Source of the DNA: a virus
Length of the DNA stretch: 64,000 nucleotides
Strand: one strand, 5' to 3'
IMG/VR virus record: IMGVR_UViG_3300020405_000002
Location: 4,735 to 68,734 of that record
A program made the translations under genes and the position numbers. The notes under the pieces were generated by a model. It was not told where the DNA came from and did no database searches. It worked only from the letters and a program-made list of their open reading frames with translations. Numbering within the stretch: position 1 is the stretch's first letter; each line of letters begins with the position of its first letter. This document shows positions 20,771 to 32,400 of the stretch, piece by piece.

Positions 20771-22198
20771 TTACGCCTGAGTAACAGACTTAAATAATAC
20801 AAAGTTATTAGCACCTTGTACACACAAACATCTCTCTGACAAGAAATGTACGTTCATTTCGTCTTTATCAGTTGTATAAACTCCACCTACAGAACCAGTG
20901 ATCCAAGATTTCATCTTTCTATCATCTGCTTCAGAAGCTCTGTATCTAATATGCAAGAAAGGTCTTTTTATGTTTTTACCTAACTGTTGATCATAAACAG
21001 TAGAAGTACCGGCAGGTACTAATACACCGTCAATGTCTTCTGTTAGTCCTCTCGTAGCTGCATCATTAAGATATTTCCAGTCAGTTTTATAAAAGTCATA
21101 AGAACCTCTTCTAAAACCGCTAAAACCTAGATTTAACGCCATGTCTTCACTGTTGTTAAATACTCCAAAAGAAGTACCGCCATTATAATGTGCGTTAACA
21201 GCTCCAAGCATATCGTCAAAAGCTAGTGCAGTGTTTCTTTGTAAGAAAAGCATATTTTCTTCAATTGCTCCCTGCTTATCAAGATTTTTAAGTATTTCAT
21301 CAAAGTCTTGTAATGCAGTTCTAGTTGTACTACCAGTAAGTGCAGCTTCACCAGAATTAAAGTTTTGGTAAATATTACCTCTTGATTCTAGTGCAGCAAA
21401 TAAACCTTCAGTACCTTTATAAGAAGCACCAATTGCTCCAGAACCTGTGGCAGCAAGTTCACCTTCTACCATTGCCATTTCAAGATAATCTTCAAATCTT
21501 AGTCTAGTTTCATGCTCAGACTTTAAATACCATAGATAACCAGAAGCACCATTTTCTGTAGTAACTTCAACCCAACCAATTTGTGCAGCATCAGATCCTG
21601 ATATAGAATACTTATCTTTAATAATAATTGGTGAATTACTAAATTGCTGAAAACCAGCATCAATAGATCCATCCATACCATCAGTACCTTTACCAAATTC
21701 TGAACCATAAACAAATACTTTAACAGTTACACCTGTACCAGTAGATAAACCAGCAGCATCAATAGTTGAACCACCATAAGCTTTTACTGTAAATGTATTA
21801 GTAGTAACTTCAGTAACTACAGCTTTAATAGTAACTAAACCTTCAGCAATTGCTACAGTTTGTCCTTTTCGAACAGCGTGTCCGTTTTTAGTAATTACAC
21901 CGGTTGTAGTGTTCGCAGACGCGTCATCATAAGCGATGTGTAATCTTCCTTGTTCTGACCAAATTACTTGATCTGACGCAGAAGGTATTTCAGCTCCTAC
22001 CATTCGTAAAAAAGAAGATACAGATCTGTTACCATATCTTTCTACTTCTTTTTCATAAACGTCGGGTAAGAATTGTTGAGCGAACGTGCCGCCCCCTGAA
22101 GAACTATCAAATGTTAGATAATTCCCAGCAAAAAGTGTTTTTGTAGGTGAAGGCGTTAATCCCGCAGGAAACGATCCACCTGTTGCAAATAATCCCAT
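20771..22198 (-). CDS. Major capsid protein
   Basis: 475 aa following scaffold and portal; WSEQGRLH and LGFSGFRRGSYDFYK motifs; followed by a strong terminator. Confidence 0.85.
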   Translation of the reverse strand: MGLFATGGSFPAGLTPSPTKTLFAGNYLTFDSSSGGGTFAQQFLPDVYEKEVERYGNRSVSSFLRMVGAEIPSASDQVIWSEQGRLHIAYDDASANTTTGVITKNGHAVRKGQTVAIAEGLVTIKAVVTEVTTNTFTVKAYGGSTIDAAGLSTGTGVTVKVFVYGSEFGKGTDGMDGSIDAGFQQFSNSPIIIKDKYSISGSDAAQIGWVEVTTENGASGYLWYLKSEHETRLRFEDYLEMAMVEGELAATGSGAIGASYKGTEGLFAALESRGNIYQNFNSGEAALTGSTTRTALQDFDEILKNLDKQGAIEENMLFLQRNTALAFDDMLGAVNAHYNGGTSFGVFNNSEDMALNLGFSGFRRGSYDFYKTDWKYLNDAATRGLTEDIDGVLVPAGTSTVYDQQLGKNIKRPFLHIRYRASEADDRKMKSWITGSVGGVYTTDKDEMNVHFLSERCLCVQGANNFVLFKSVTQA

Positions 22199-22213
22199 TT
22201 TTTACGTTTTAAA

Positions 22214-23497
22214 TTATTGTTTTATTTTAAATCTCAATTTTGAACTATCATCACCACTAATTGCTCTTACTTTAAACCCTGATGTTGTCTGCACTTCTTC
22301 ATGCGAACCTCTTGGTGCCATGTCGATATTTTTTGACTTTGCTAATTGTTCTTTTATAGCATCAGCACGTCCTTGCTCGTAAAAATGGTTTGCAATAGCA
22401 TCTGAGTTCATAGCTGTAAATAATGCTTTGTGATAACCACCAACATCTTGCATTTCATTTTTATCGTTAGTAAATCTACTAACTAATGAATTTATATCTG
22501 ATTGGTTACTACGTACATCATTTGCATTTTTGACATTATATCTATACCTATTCTTACCCACTTTAAACTCAAAACCTTTGAATTTTTCGTTGAAATAATC
22601 ATTAGTCTTTTTTTCAAATATAGATCTTTGTTTGTCAGCAATTTTTTTTGATGACTCTTGTTCAGCTTTGTATCTATTGTAAAACTCAACAGCTTCTCTT
22701 TGTTCAGGATTTAACTTGTTACTTAACTTAAGTTCCTCGTAATATTTATCCTTGTTTTTAAGCAAACTGTTTTTAGCTTCTGCAATAGATTCTTTCAAAG
22801 CTATTTTTTTGCGTTTTATTGTTAATTCGTCGTCCTCATCTTCATTTATAGAATAATTGTCTTCCATTTGAAAACTAATTTCTTCATCATTAAGATGTGG
22901 TTTGTTTTGACGATAATACTCTCTTAAAATTTGCATATCGTCCATAGCGTCAAAATCTTTATTAAGATTAACATAATCTTCTATGTTTCCGCCTGTATCT
23001 TTCATGAAATCAACAAGTTTCTGTATATTTTCAGGTAACTCGTTAATCTCTTGTTTAATATTTACATCTTCTTCTTCTTGTTTAAGCTTTTCAGGTATAT
23101 CTTTTATTTTATCAACTAGTGTATTTTCATTTTCTTCAACTTTTTCGTCTTCTTGTATAAGCTCAACTACTTGTTCTTCTTTTTCATTATTTTCTTCACT
23201 AGCGGGCCGTACTTCTGCGTCCACTTTTTCGCTAACTTCGGCTTGTTCGCCCACATCCACGCTTGTTGTTTCTTGCTCTTGAACGGCATCTTCTTGTTTT
23301 TTGTTTACCTCTCTTAAATCAACTTTTATAACATCATCATCTTCTTCTAAATTAAGTTTGATGTCTTTTTTCTCCTGTACAACTTCTTTTTTGTTTTCAT
23401 TGTCAGTATTCACCTCTTCTTTTTTTTCAACGTTTTCGGTAGTTACGTTTTCTTGATTTTCTGCAACTTCTTCAGTTACATTTTTTTCATCTGCCAT
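22214..23497 (-). CDS. Capsid scaffolding protein
   Basis: Very acidic N-terminal half, coiled coil, HFYEQGRADA near the C-terminus; located between portal and MCP. Confidence 0.75.
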   Translation of the reverse strand: MADEKNVTEEVAENQENVTTENVEKKEEVNTDNENKKEVVQEKKDIKLNLEEDDDVIKVDLREVNKKQEDAVQEQETTSVDVGEQAEVSEKVDAEVRPASEENNEKEEQVVELIQEDEKVEENENTLVDKIKDIPEKLKQEEEDVNIKQEINELPENIQKLVDFMKDTGGNIEDYVNLNKDFDAMDDMQILREYYRQNKPHLNDEEISFQMEDNYSINEDEDDELTIKRKKIALKESIAEAKNSLLKNKDKYYEELKLSNKLNPEQREAVEFYNRYKAEQESSKKIADKQRSIFEKKTNDYFNEKFKGFEFKVGKNRYRYNVKNANDVRSNQSDINSLVSRFTNDKNEMQDVGGYHKALFTAMNSDAIANHFYEQGRADAIKEQLAKSKNIDMAPRGSHEEVQTTSGFKVRAISGDDSSKLRFKIKQ

Positions 23498-23525
23498 AAT
23501 AAAATATTATAAAATTAGTATAAAA

Positions 23526-25949
23526 TTATTTCGGTTCAAATTGTTCCATATTAAAACCGCTTCCCATGGTATCATTACCACTTGATTCAAACTCTTTTGT
23601 TTTACCGCCAGTTTGACGTTGCTCTATAAGTTGAGATTGTTGTGATGCTTGCATTTTTGTTCTTTCGTCTTTTCTATCTTCTTTATATTTTTCTTTTGCA
23701 TCAATAACACCTCTTTGTTTTTCTTGCATTTGCATATTTAAATTAAATTCATATGCCATAAGCTCTTTTTTAAGCTCTTTTTCAGTTTGTAACCTTTGTA
23801 TTTCTAACTGTGCTTTTGTTTGTTCTAACTGTGTTTGTTGTTGCGTAATAGCTTGTTGTTTTTGCACTTCTGCTTGTGCTGCTACTTGTTGTGCTTGTGC
23901 ATTAGCTTGTGATTGTGCTTGTATATTTTGTTGTTGCATCTCTTGATCCAACTTTTGTTTCTTTTTTCTACGTACTTTTAATAATTGATTAGCTAGTTTT
24001 AAATTTTTAACTTCTCTAATATCTATTGCATCTTCTAAATATATTTGATCTTTAGCCAATGCTTGTTGTATATTATTTTCTAATCTTGCCTTTTCTTCTT
24101 CATCAGGTGATAATTCTATAAAAATACCAAAATCATGTAAATGCATATTTTTGATGTCATCTAACGTACCTACATTATATCTACCTATACTTGATATAAA
24201 TGAATCTCTAGTAGGTGAATATTCTAAAATATCTGATATTCTTAAACTAATAGCTTCAGCTGTTTTAACTGTCAAATAAAGACTTGATTGTAAAATATGT
24301 CTTGTAGCTGTATTACTATTTGCAGCTGCTAATTTTTGTACACCAACTAAAGCATTTTTATCTGGCGTGCTACCATCTCTTGCTTCATTAAGTCCGGTTA
24401 CGTCTCTTATCATTTGCATATAATAATTATATGTTTGTATAAGAGAATTTATTTTATTATTACCACCATTAGATGTTAATTCTGTAATAGGTACTTTACC
24501 TGGGTTCATATCACCTTCCATTGTAAGTGATCTACCTATAACAGAACCAGTTTGGAAAAACATATTTAAAGCTTCTTGCGGATTATAATTAGTTCCATTG
24601 CCTAAATCTATTTCTGCTAAACCATCCGCATCTAAATATACACCATCAGGTATCATACGTGATAAAACTTGTTGTAACTTTAAATGTGTTAATTGTATCA
24701 TGTCAGCAAAACCAGTTATTCTACTAACTAATGATTCTATACGACCTTTATATATTCTAGGTGCTACAACACTGTAATTTAACATTACTTTTGTTGTATC
24801 TGCTTTTGGTCTTATCATATTTTTAGATAATTCCCATTTTAACATCCTATTTTGCCCTAATATATACGCTCCATCATATACAACTTCTACTGATCTTGAT
24901 ATTTTATCAAATAATGAACGTACGTCTTTTGGTGGATTAAACTGATCATCTTTTTCTATAACTTTTAATGCACCACTTGCGGTTTGTTTTACTTTATACA
25001 CTTCATTATTATAAGTCTTATAATTAAAATATAAAACTTGTATTGTATTTTTATCTAAAACACTATCTTCATTAACATATCTATTATGTGACGCTGGTGT
25101 TTGTACACCTTGTTTTGTAATATTACCTAAATCTTCATCTGTTAGCTCAGGAAATTGTGTTTTAAGATCATTTACTGTAACACTTTTTATTTCACCTATA
25201 TAATATATATCGTCAAAATAAGGTGAAAATGTATAAGAATAAACTATATCAGCTGGATCTACATATTCAACTTTAATACCTTGTGATTTATTAAATGAAT
25301 TTTTAACACAACCTATACCTATAGTTACTAAATCATAATTTATTCTTCTTTGTGTTAAATCATATTTATTGGTATTAAATACATTATTTATAGCTTGCTC
25401 TTCCGCTATTTCTATAGCTTGCTTATAATCTATTTGCATGTGCAACGCTAACTCTTCTTCTGTTTCTGGTAATTTTTCTGGATCATGATTTCTTATATCA
25501 ATACCAGTTTCATTATTTATTTTTTCTGTAAGTTGTTTTGTTTGCATGTCCATAATCATAGACTCAACGTAGTTTGTTCTTTCTTGCACAGAACTTTGAT
25601 CTTGTGAAAAAGCTTTTACGTCATATATTCTATCAGACATACCATTAACTACTATATCTACAAATTTTGGTATAATAGGTACAGGTTTCCAATCCAAATT
25701 TAAATAAGACAAATCACCATTAATAGATAATTCATCTTTATATTTTTTAACTGATTGTTCTCCTCTTGAATACAATCTTAGTCTATGATACTCATCTCTA
25801 TTCGAATAAAATCTAGTAGCACCTGAATCTCTTTTAAACCATTCATGTTCAATGGCCTGAGCAACCTCTAGGCCATATTCTATGGTTGCTTTCTCTTCAT
25901 CAGAAGCTATTTGACTCGGAAATGAACTTTTTTGTATTGTTTCAGCCAT
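23526..25949 (-). CDS. Portal protein
   Basis: 807 aa; LNLDWKPVPIIPKFVDIVVNG and IRDVTGLNEARDG motifs; Q-rich C-terminal barrel; adjacent to terminase. Confidence 0.85.
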   Translation of the reverse strand: MAETIQKSSFPSQIASDEEKATIEYGLEVAQAIEHEWFKRDSGATRFYSNRDEYHRLRLYSRGEQSVKKYKDELSINGDLSYLNLDWKPVPIIPKFVDIVVNGMSDRIYDVKAFSQDQSSVQERTNYVESMIMDMQTKQLTEKINNETGIDIRNHDPEKLPETEEELALHMQIDYKQAIEIAEEQAINNVFNTNKYDLTQRRINYDLVTIGIGCVKNSFNKSQGIKVEYVDPADIVYSYTFSPYFDDIYYIGEIKSVTVNDLKTQFPELTDEDLGNITKQGVQTPASHNRYVNEDSVLDKNTIQVLYFNYKTYNNEVYKVKQTASGALKVIEKDDQFNPPKDVRSLFDKISRSVEVVYDGAYILGQNRMLKWELSKNMIRPKADTTKVMLNYSVVAPRIYKGRIESLVSRITGFADMIQLTHLKLQQVLSRMIPDGVYLDADGLAEIDLGNGTNYNPQEALNMFFQTGSVIGRSLTMEGDMNPGKVPITELTSNGGNNKINSLIQTYNYYMQMIRDVTGLNEARDGSTPDKNALVGVQKLAAANSNTATRHILQSSLYLTVKTAEAISLRISDILEYSPTRDSFISSIGRYNVGTLDDIKNMHLHDFGIFIELSPDEEEKARLENNIQQALAKDQIYLEDAIDIREVKNLKLANQLLKVRRKKKQKLDQEMQQQNIQAQSQANAQAQQVAAQAEVQKQQAITQQQTQLEQTKAQLEIQRLQTEKELKKELMAYEFNLNMQMQEKQRGVIDAKEKYKEDRKDERTKMQASQQSQLIEQRQTGGKTKEFESSGNDTMGSGFNMEQFEPK

Positions 25950-25950
25950 G

Positions 25951-28158
25951 CTATTTAATTATTTGCGAATGCATCCCTTTATTGTTAAATCTTTTTATTT
26001 TTAAATCTACTGATTTTGTTTCATACTTAGGTTTTGGATGATATAAATGTCTATTGCAAGCCATTATAGCTAAACCAGAGCTAATTGTAGCATCAAATTT
26101 AGTTCTTTTATTAATATCAAACCTTGCCCAATCGTTTAATGTTTTATTAAAATAAATATTACCAGCACCTTGTTCGTTATAACCTACATATTTATCTATA
26201 TATGTTTCTATAGCGGCAGCATGTGCTTGTTTTATATCTTCAGATGTATTTGGTATACCACCTATTTCTTTTTCTGTAACAGATAATTTATTCCATATTT
26301 TATCAGGTCTATTCATACTAAAACCTCTATATCCTCTTCTTTTTATATAATACAATAATCTTGGTTTATTGTTTTCTGCAAGTATAGGCATACCATAAAA
26401 TACTAATGCCATTAAAACATCTTCAAAAAATATCTCCGCTGTTTGTGGCCTTGCTACATATTCTAAAAAAAATGTATTCGGTGGCGCATCTTCCATACTG
26501 TATTTTGTAAGGCCATGCAATGCACCTTTAGATCCCACACCGTCAACGGTGCCTGATATATCGTATGAATCACAACCAAATGCTCCAATATGTTCATTAC
26601 CAGGATATTTTATACCATTCTTTACTATTACATTGTTTTCCAAATTCTTAGGTGGTGTCCAACTTATAATAAATCTACCATTATTGTTAGGTGTAAAATG
26701 TACTTTTGTATCTTTTATACCATTATCCCAAGAAAAACTTCCTTTAGTTAACAAACCAGATCTTTGTGCGTCTTCATTAAAATCTATTTGTTCGTATATT
26801 TTACTTAAATTAAATATACTGTTTTTAGCTTCATCTCTAAACGCATGTTCTTCTGTACGAGGAAACTGTCTATAATATTCGTTTAAAGCGTCACTGTCAT
26901 TTTTTAAACCATCTACTTCGTTTTCCCAAAACTCAATAACTCCTGTATCGATGTATTCGCCATCATGGCTTTTCTTTGGTTCTTTTGGTGTGTCAAAGAC
27001 AGGTAATCCATAAGAATCAATATATCCTTCGTAGTTCCATTCCATAGGTATGAACAAAGAATATAATCCCGAGCTAGTCTGTCCGTTGCGGTTTCTGCGA
27101 GTAACGTCTGAATCATAATATATTTTTTTAAAATTATCTCCTCCTTTATCTAAAGCGTTTGAAGTTGATCCCATCATACACTTACCTACAATTCTACTAC
27201 CTAATCGTAATGTTGTTTTAGTAACACGCCAATTGTTAAGTATATTATCAGGCCTTTCCCACTTACCAGATTCATCGTGTACTAATAATTTTAATTTTTC
27301 ACCATCGTAACTATTGTCCCCTGTATTTTTCCAATCAATAGTAGTATCTAAACCTTCTATAATTTTATTAGTACTAACATTTGTTATAGACTTTCTTGTT
27401 AATTTACTAGCAGGTACTCTATAAGCAAGCTCAGATTTTGGCCTGTCCATACCATCTTGTATTGGTTTAAAGAAAAAAGGATAGTTTACTGATATAGGTA
27501 CGACCTTGTCGGTAAACATTTTTTTAGCATCTGCACCTGTTTTTGATAATATACCGAATCTTGCATCGCTAGATATAGTTGCTTGGTGTACTGTTTCTCC
27601 GCTCGACATAAAGCTAAAGCCAGAGCGTCTATTTTTGAGGTAGCACATACCATAACATCTCTTGTCGGCTTTGCACGCTTCCCAAAATATATAAAATAAT
27701 CTATTGGCTTCTCTGTAATCGGGTTTACCAACATCAATTTTACTCCATTGCAAGTACATGTAGTGAGAACCAGTAATATAAGTAGGAACACCTTTATTAT
27801 AAAACCAGTAACCTTTGTCTCTTCTATTAAACTCTTCATCTATATACTCAAACCATTTGTTTTTAAAATCTAATGGATATGTTTCCCAATCAAATATAGT
27901 TTTTATATTTTTTAACTCTTTTGGTATAGGTTTTGCTTGCCAAGTATCAATACTTTTGTCAATATTTTTAGGAATTTTCGGTAATGCTATACACAAATTT
28001 TGTATTTCTATTATTTCACCTATTTGTCCTGTCTTACTTATAACAATAACATCATGTTCTTGATTATAACCATACTCCCATTTTTTTGATCTGTTTAATC
28101 TATTAATAACTTTAGATTTTATGTGATCAATGGTCTTAATTAGCTTTTGTTTATACAT
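25951..28158 (-). CDS. terL: Terminase large subunit
   Basis: Walker A LKNRRSGFS, Walker B LVHDESGK, motif III GSTSN, nuclease motifs FGCDSYD / ILAENN / FDATISSG. Confidence 0.9.
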   Translation of the reverse strand: MYKQKLIKTIDHIKSKVINRLNRSKKWEYGYNQEHDVIVISKTGQIGEIIEIQNLCIALPKIPKNIDKSIDTWQAKPIPKELKNIKTIFDWETYPLDFKNKWFEYIDEEFNRRDKGYWFYNKGVPTYITGSHYMYLQWSKIDVGKPDYREANRLFYIFWEACKADKRCYGMCYLKNRRSGFSFMSSGETVHQATISSDARFGILSKTGADAKKMFTDKVVPISVNYPFFFKPIQDGMDRPKSELAYRVPASKLTRKSITNVSTNKIIEGLDTTIDWKNTGDNSYDGEKLKLLVHDESGKWERPDNILNNWRVTKTTLRLGSRIVGKCMMGSTSNALDKGGDNFKKIYYDSDVTRRNRNGQTSSGLYSLFIPMEWNYEGYIDSYGLPVFDTPKEPKKSHDGEYIDTGVIEFWENEVDGLKNDSDALNEYYRQFPRTEEHAFRDEAKNSIFNLSKIYEQIDFNEDAQRSGLLTKGSFSWDNGIKDTKVHFTPNNNGRFIISWTPPKNLENNVIVKNGIKYPGNEHIGAFGCDSYDISGTVDGVGSKGALHGLTKYSMEDAPPNTFFLEYVARPQTAEIFFEDVLMALVFYGMPILAENNKPRLLYYIKRRGYRGFSMNRPDKIWNKLSVTEKEIGGIPNTSEDIKQAHAAAIETYIDKYVGYNEQGAGNIYFNKTLNDWARFDINKRTKFDATISSGLAIMACNRHLYHPKPKYETKSVDLKIKRFNNKGMHSQIIK

Positions 28159-28433
28159 TATTTAGACCTTTTTTCTGCAAAACCACCAAAAATCTCTTTT
28201 TTATCTGTTGGTTTGTCTTCTAAAATATTTTTTTCTGTTTCTACACGTGATAATATTTCAAAAGCATCAAATATTGCTAGTTTTTTTGTTGCAGCTGCAT
28301 TTTTTAACCTATCGGCAGCCAATTCATCGTCAGAATCTTCAACTATTATCTCTTCTTCTGCAACTCTTATAAGCTCATGCACTGCTTTATACCCAGCTTG
28401 TATTATATTCGACTTCAGTTCCTTTGCGTTCAT
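28158..28433 (-). CDS. Putative terminase small subunit
   Basis: 91-aa helical protein directly upstream of and overlapping terL. Confidence 0.5.
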   Translation of the reverse strand: MNAKELKSNIIQAGYKAVHELIRVAEEEIIVEDSDDELAADRLKNAAATKKLAIFDAFEILSRVETEKNILEDKPTDKKEIFGGFAEKRSK

Positions 28434-28986
28434 ATTTAATTGATATTGAATTTATTGGTATACGATATAATCTCTCATTGTCTATAACAAACTCATACTC
28501 ACTATTTGGTGTAAAGCCAATTAAATCATTATTTTTTAAATTTAACTGCTTTAAATCACTCCCTAGATGCTTTAAAACACCTACTAATGGCTTTTCTTTT
28601 ACATTATCAAAGCTATTATCATTATGTATTGGTTTTACAAAGCAAAAACCTTCAGGTGCATACCATTTATTTTTTCTTTTATATAAAAATATTTGATCGT
28701 CGTAGCAAAAATATTTATTTTCTTCAAAAAAACTTTTACTATTTTTTTCTATACCTTTTATATCATAAAATCTTCTAAATACATTATGATGAACTATTAC
28801 AATATCGTTTACTTGTAAATTGTATTTTGTATTTACTATAGGTGTTTCAACTATTACACCTAATCTATTTACAAACTTATGATCTTCAATACTAGTATTT
28901 AAAATAAGCTCTTTGTCACTTACCTTTTTTTTATTAGTATATCTACCGTTAATTGGCTCAACAATATAACAGTGTGTGTGTTTCAT
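28387..28986 (-). CDS. Protein with two GroES-like repeats
   Basis: Two halves each resemble the GroES pattern: YIVEP..GVIVETP..LQVNDIVIV and CFVKP..GVLKH..LKNNDLIGF..EFVIDNERLY. Confidence 0.5.
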   Translation of the reverse strand: MKHTHCYIVEPINGRYTNKKKVSDKELILNTSIEDHKFVNRLGVIVETPIVNTKYNLQVNDIVIVHHNVFRRFYDIKGIEKNSKSFFEENKYFCYDDQIFLYKRKNKWYAPEGFCFVKPIHNDNSFDNVKEKPLVGVLKHLGSDLKQLNLKNNDLIGFTPNSEYEFVIDNERLYRIPINSISIKYERKGTEVEYNTSWV

Positions 28987-29204
28987 TAATATTGTAAATT
29001 AAATTCTATACTTACAGCCATGTTTTTATTAAATTCTTTCCATGGCAACATTTCATCATCTTTTTTTATAAAGATTTTATAACTATTTTTTTCTTCTAAT
29101 ATTTCTGATATAATATGTCCACCAAAAACTTCTTGGCCAACACTATAATGCATTGCATCGTTTTTATAATCACGACCAATACTAATTTTTCTTATTAGAT
29201 TCAT
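28986..29204 (-). CDS. Conserved hypothetical phage protein
   Basis: 72 aa, IRKISIGRDYKNDAMHYSVGQ; coupled to both neighbours. Confidence 0.7.
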   Translation of the reverse strand: MNLIRKISIGRDYKNDAMHYSVGQEVFGGHIISEILEEKNSYKIFIKKDDEMLPWKEFNKNMAVSIEFNLQY

Positions 29205-29433
29205 TTTTTTTCATTTTACTAAATTTACCTGTTTTAAAATCTATATCTACGTCTCCGTATGTTTCTTTTAATTCAGATTTTAATTTATTTAATTGTTGAC
29301 CAATAATATCAAATTGATGTAATAATACATGTTTTTCTGTTTCTACTTTACCTATTTGATTTTGTACATTAGTTAATACAGTAACTAAATTTTGAAGTTT
29401 AGTCAACTCTTCGGTTGTAATTTGATTTTTCAT
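29182..29433 (-). CDS. Small coiled-coil protein (likely start MKNQITTEEL)
   Basis: Heptad pattern ending in YGDVDIDFKTG; ATG at 29433 avoids overlap with the upstream gene. Confidence 0.65.
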   Translation of the reverse strand: MKNQITTEELTKLQNLVTVLTNVQNQIGKVETEKHVLLHQFDIIGQQLNKLKSELKETYGDVDIDFKTGKFSKMKKNESNKKN

Positions 29434-29450
29434 TTTATTAAATTTATTTA

Positions 29451-32400
29451 TTAAGCTATTGCAAGATACCAAAATCTTGCGGCATTTAAATTAGCTGATG
29501 AGTTACTACCTACACTAAAACCATCTTGATTAAATGATGTTACATGATTAGAGTCAGTGTTTTGTGCGTTATTTAAATTTGCATATAATTGTTTTGTAGT
29601 ACCTCTTGAATTATCTGTCATGATAAAACTATAACCACTATTAAAACATCTTAACATTACAAAAGAAGGTTTAAATCCTGTGATTATGTTTTGTGATCCA
29701 CCGTTACCGACATATTGTCCAACTTTTTGGTAACCTGGTATTGATCTAAACGCGTAACTTACATAATCATTACTTAATTTATTCATTTCATTAGCAGAAG
29801 ACACACCAACACCTATACTATTATTTGTCATACCTGTGTAAAACCTACTACTTGATGAATGTGTTGCAATAGCATTTGTAGTGTTTAAAGTAAAATAATC
29901 ATCTGTTACTCTATTTATATTTTGACCTACAATCCATGAAGTAGCGTTAGTAAGGTTTTTTGTTAACACAAGTTCAGGTGGTTTTGATAAACCATGCGGT
30001 ACACCAATATTAGTTTTAGCAGTACCAGACCATTTAGTTACACTAAAACCAGATTCATCACTAGCAGATACAGTAGAATTTATTATAGCAGGATTATATT
30101 GTGGAGCTGTTAAATCATAATTTGTTTTTATTTGTTCTGGCGTTAATTCTGCACCATATACTCTTATCTGTCCTAATTTTCCATCATAATATGCAGCGTT
30201 ATAATCTCCATATCTTCCTATAGTAAAGTTTTTAGCATTTGCTCTACTATCTATTGTTGAAGAATTAGCATCTATAAATTTACCATTTACATACACTTTT
30301 CTATGTGTTCCATTAGATGTATAAACTAAATGATACCATTGACCTGCTTGATAAACACCGCCAGATAAATTACCTCCTCCAATTAAAAATATATTATAAC
30401 TATTACCGCTACCTCTAAGAGAAACAGATACACCATAACCACTTGAATCATTCATGCCCCATATATATTTATCTGCTCTTGTATCAGTATTAAACCACAC
30501 TTCTACAGACCAAGGCACAGAAGCCCAGTTTGCACTTAGTGTTGTACTTATAAGATCATTACTACCATCAAATTCAAAATAATGCCCTTCTTGATCAGCT
30601 CTAACTTTTGTTCCATTTACTAATGTACCATCATTGTTAGAAGACGATAAATCATTTACTAAAGTTGCATTACTTGATGAATCATAACAATTAAAATCAT
30701 TAGGATCAAAGTTTAATAATAAATTATCTGATGTAGCGTTTGTAGCTACACTAGTTCCTTGAAATAATGTTTTAGTTGCATTATAATTTGCTCTTATTTG
30801 TGCTTTTGTTAAAGCAGCGCTATATATACGTACTTGACTTAACTTACCGTTCCATGCAGGATGTGCTGTTACTGAATTTGCACCACATATATTAACTACA
30901 CTTGTATTTGCAGTACCTACAGTACCACTACCAACAACTTGTGCATTATAGGTAGTAGGTTCAGAACCATTAACATATATACTTGCTCTTTTTTCTGACG
31001 CATCCCATACAAGTACAACATGTTGCCATTTATTTCTAATTGAACCTTCGTCAAATAAAGTTGTACCAGTTCTTGTATAAGATGTAGTGTCATAATCATA
31101 GAAATAATAACCTGTTGAAGTTGTATAATTTAAAAACCATTGGTTACTAGTACTGTCACCTTTATGTATTAAAGATTGTTCATTTGTACTTGAATCTCTA
31201 TATACCCACATTTCAACAGTAGTATCAGTATCTAAATTAAAAGCAGTATTATGTGGAACAGAAATAAAATCATTACTACCATCTAATTCTAAATAATTAC
31301 CATAAGCATCAGTTCCGTGAGTAGGACCATTTGTTAATGTACCATCATGATTATTACTTGTCAAATCATTTACAGTAGTGTTTGTTTGTGCAACAGTGAA
31401 TGTGCCTGCGGCAACATCTGGTATAAATTCCCAAAAACCTTGATATGTACCTCTTGAGTTACCAGAAAAAGTAACTTTAAAATATGTATAAGCAGCGCTT
31501 GTAGTAAATGTTGTATTTTTTTGTGTTCTTGTTGCACTTACACTATAAGGTGGAGTTGCAGCATAAAAATTTTCTATTAATGTGTAATTACTATTATCGT
31601 TAGATCCATATAATTTTACTCTACCAGTATAATCATAATAACTAGATTCTAAAGCACCAACTTGAAAACCATCAACTTTTACTGGTTGAGACATGGTTAA
31701 CACTATTGTGTTGTTAGCTTCACCGTTTCCATTATTACCAAAATATATAGCACCACTAGTATCTTGCATCCTTGCTATTGTAGGTCTATTTCCATAACCT
31801 GTTGGATAAGTTGAAGTGTGAGTCATACTGCTTACATAACTATAAAAGTTTTCACTACCAGTATACGTATATGATTGATTTACAGTAGGTGAATAACTAC
31901 TACTATTAGCAAAATTATAGTCTAATTCAAGATTTGAGCTAAGTATACCGGCTGATGTATATGTTGGATTTTTTGTTTCAACATCACCGCCCTTCCAACA
32001 CCATGCGACATAACTACGACTTGAGTTATTTAAATTTGATTTATTACCGGTACCTGAAATCGTATATCCATCTGTATTAAATGAACTAATTCTTTGATTT
32101 GCTTCACCACTATCTCCACCTTCACCACCAGTTTCAGCTGGTATAAGCCAGTAATCGCTATCTTTAACTCTTAACTTGTCATGTATCATGCCATAAAAGC
32201 CTATTTGTAGTGCTTTAGTCCAAACCATTGCAGGATCAAAACCTAATTTTATATCTCTACCTGACATATCGTTACCAGTATATGACAAAGCTTTAAAATA
32301 TTTTTCTGGATATTTACTTGCTGTATTTGTATGATTTATAAATTTAGATGTATTAGATTTTATAGCATCGCCTAAATTATATTTTGCTGGTATTTCTGCC

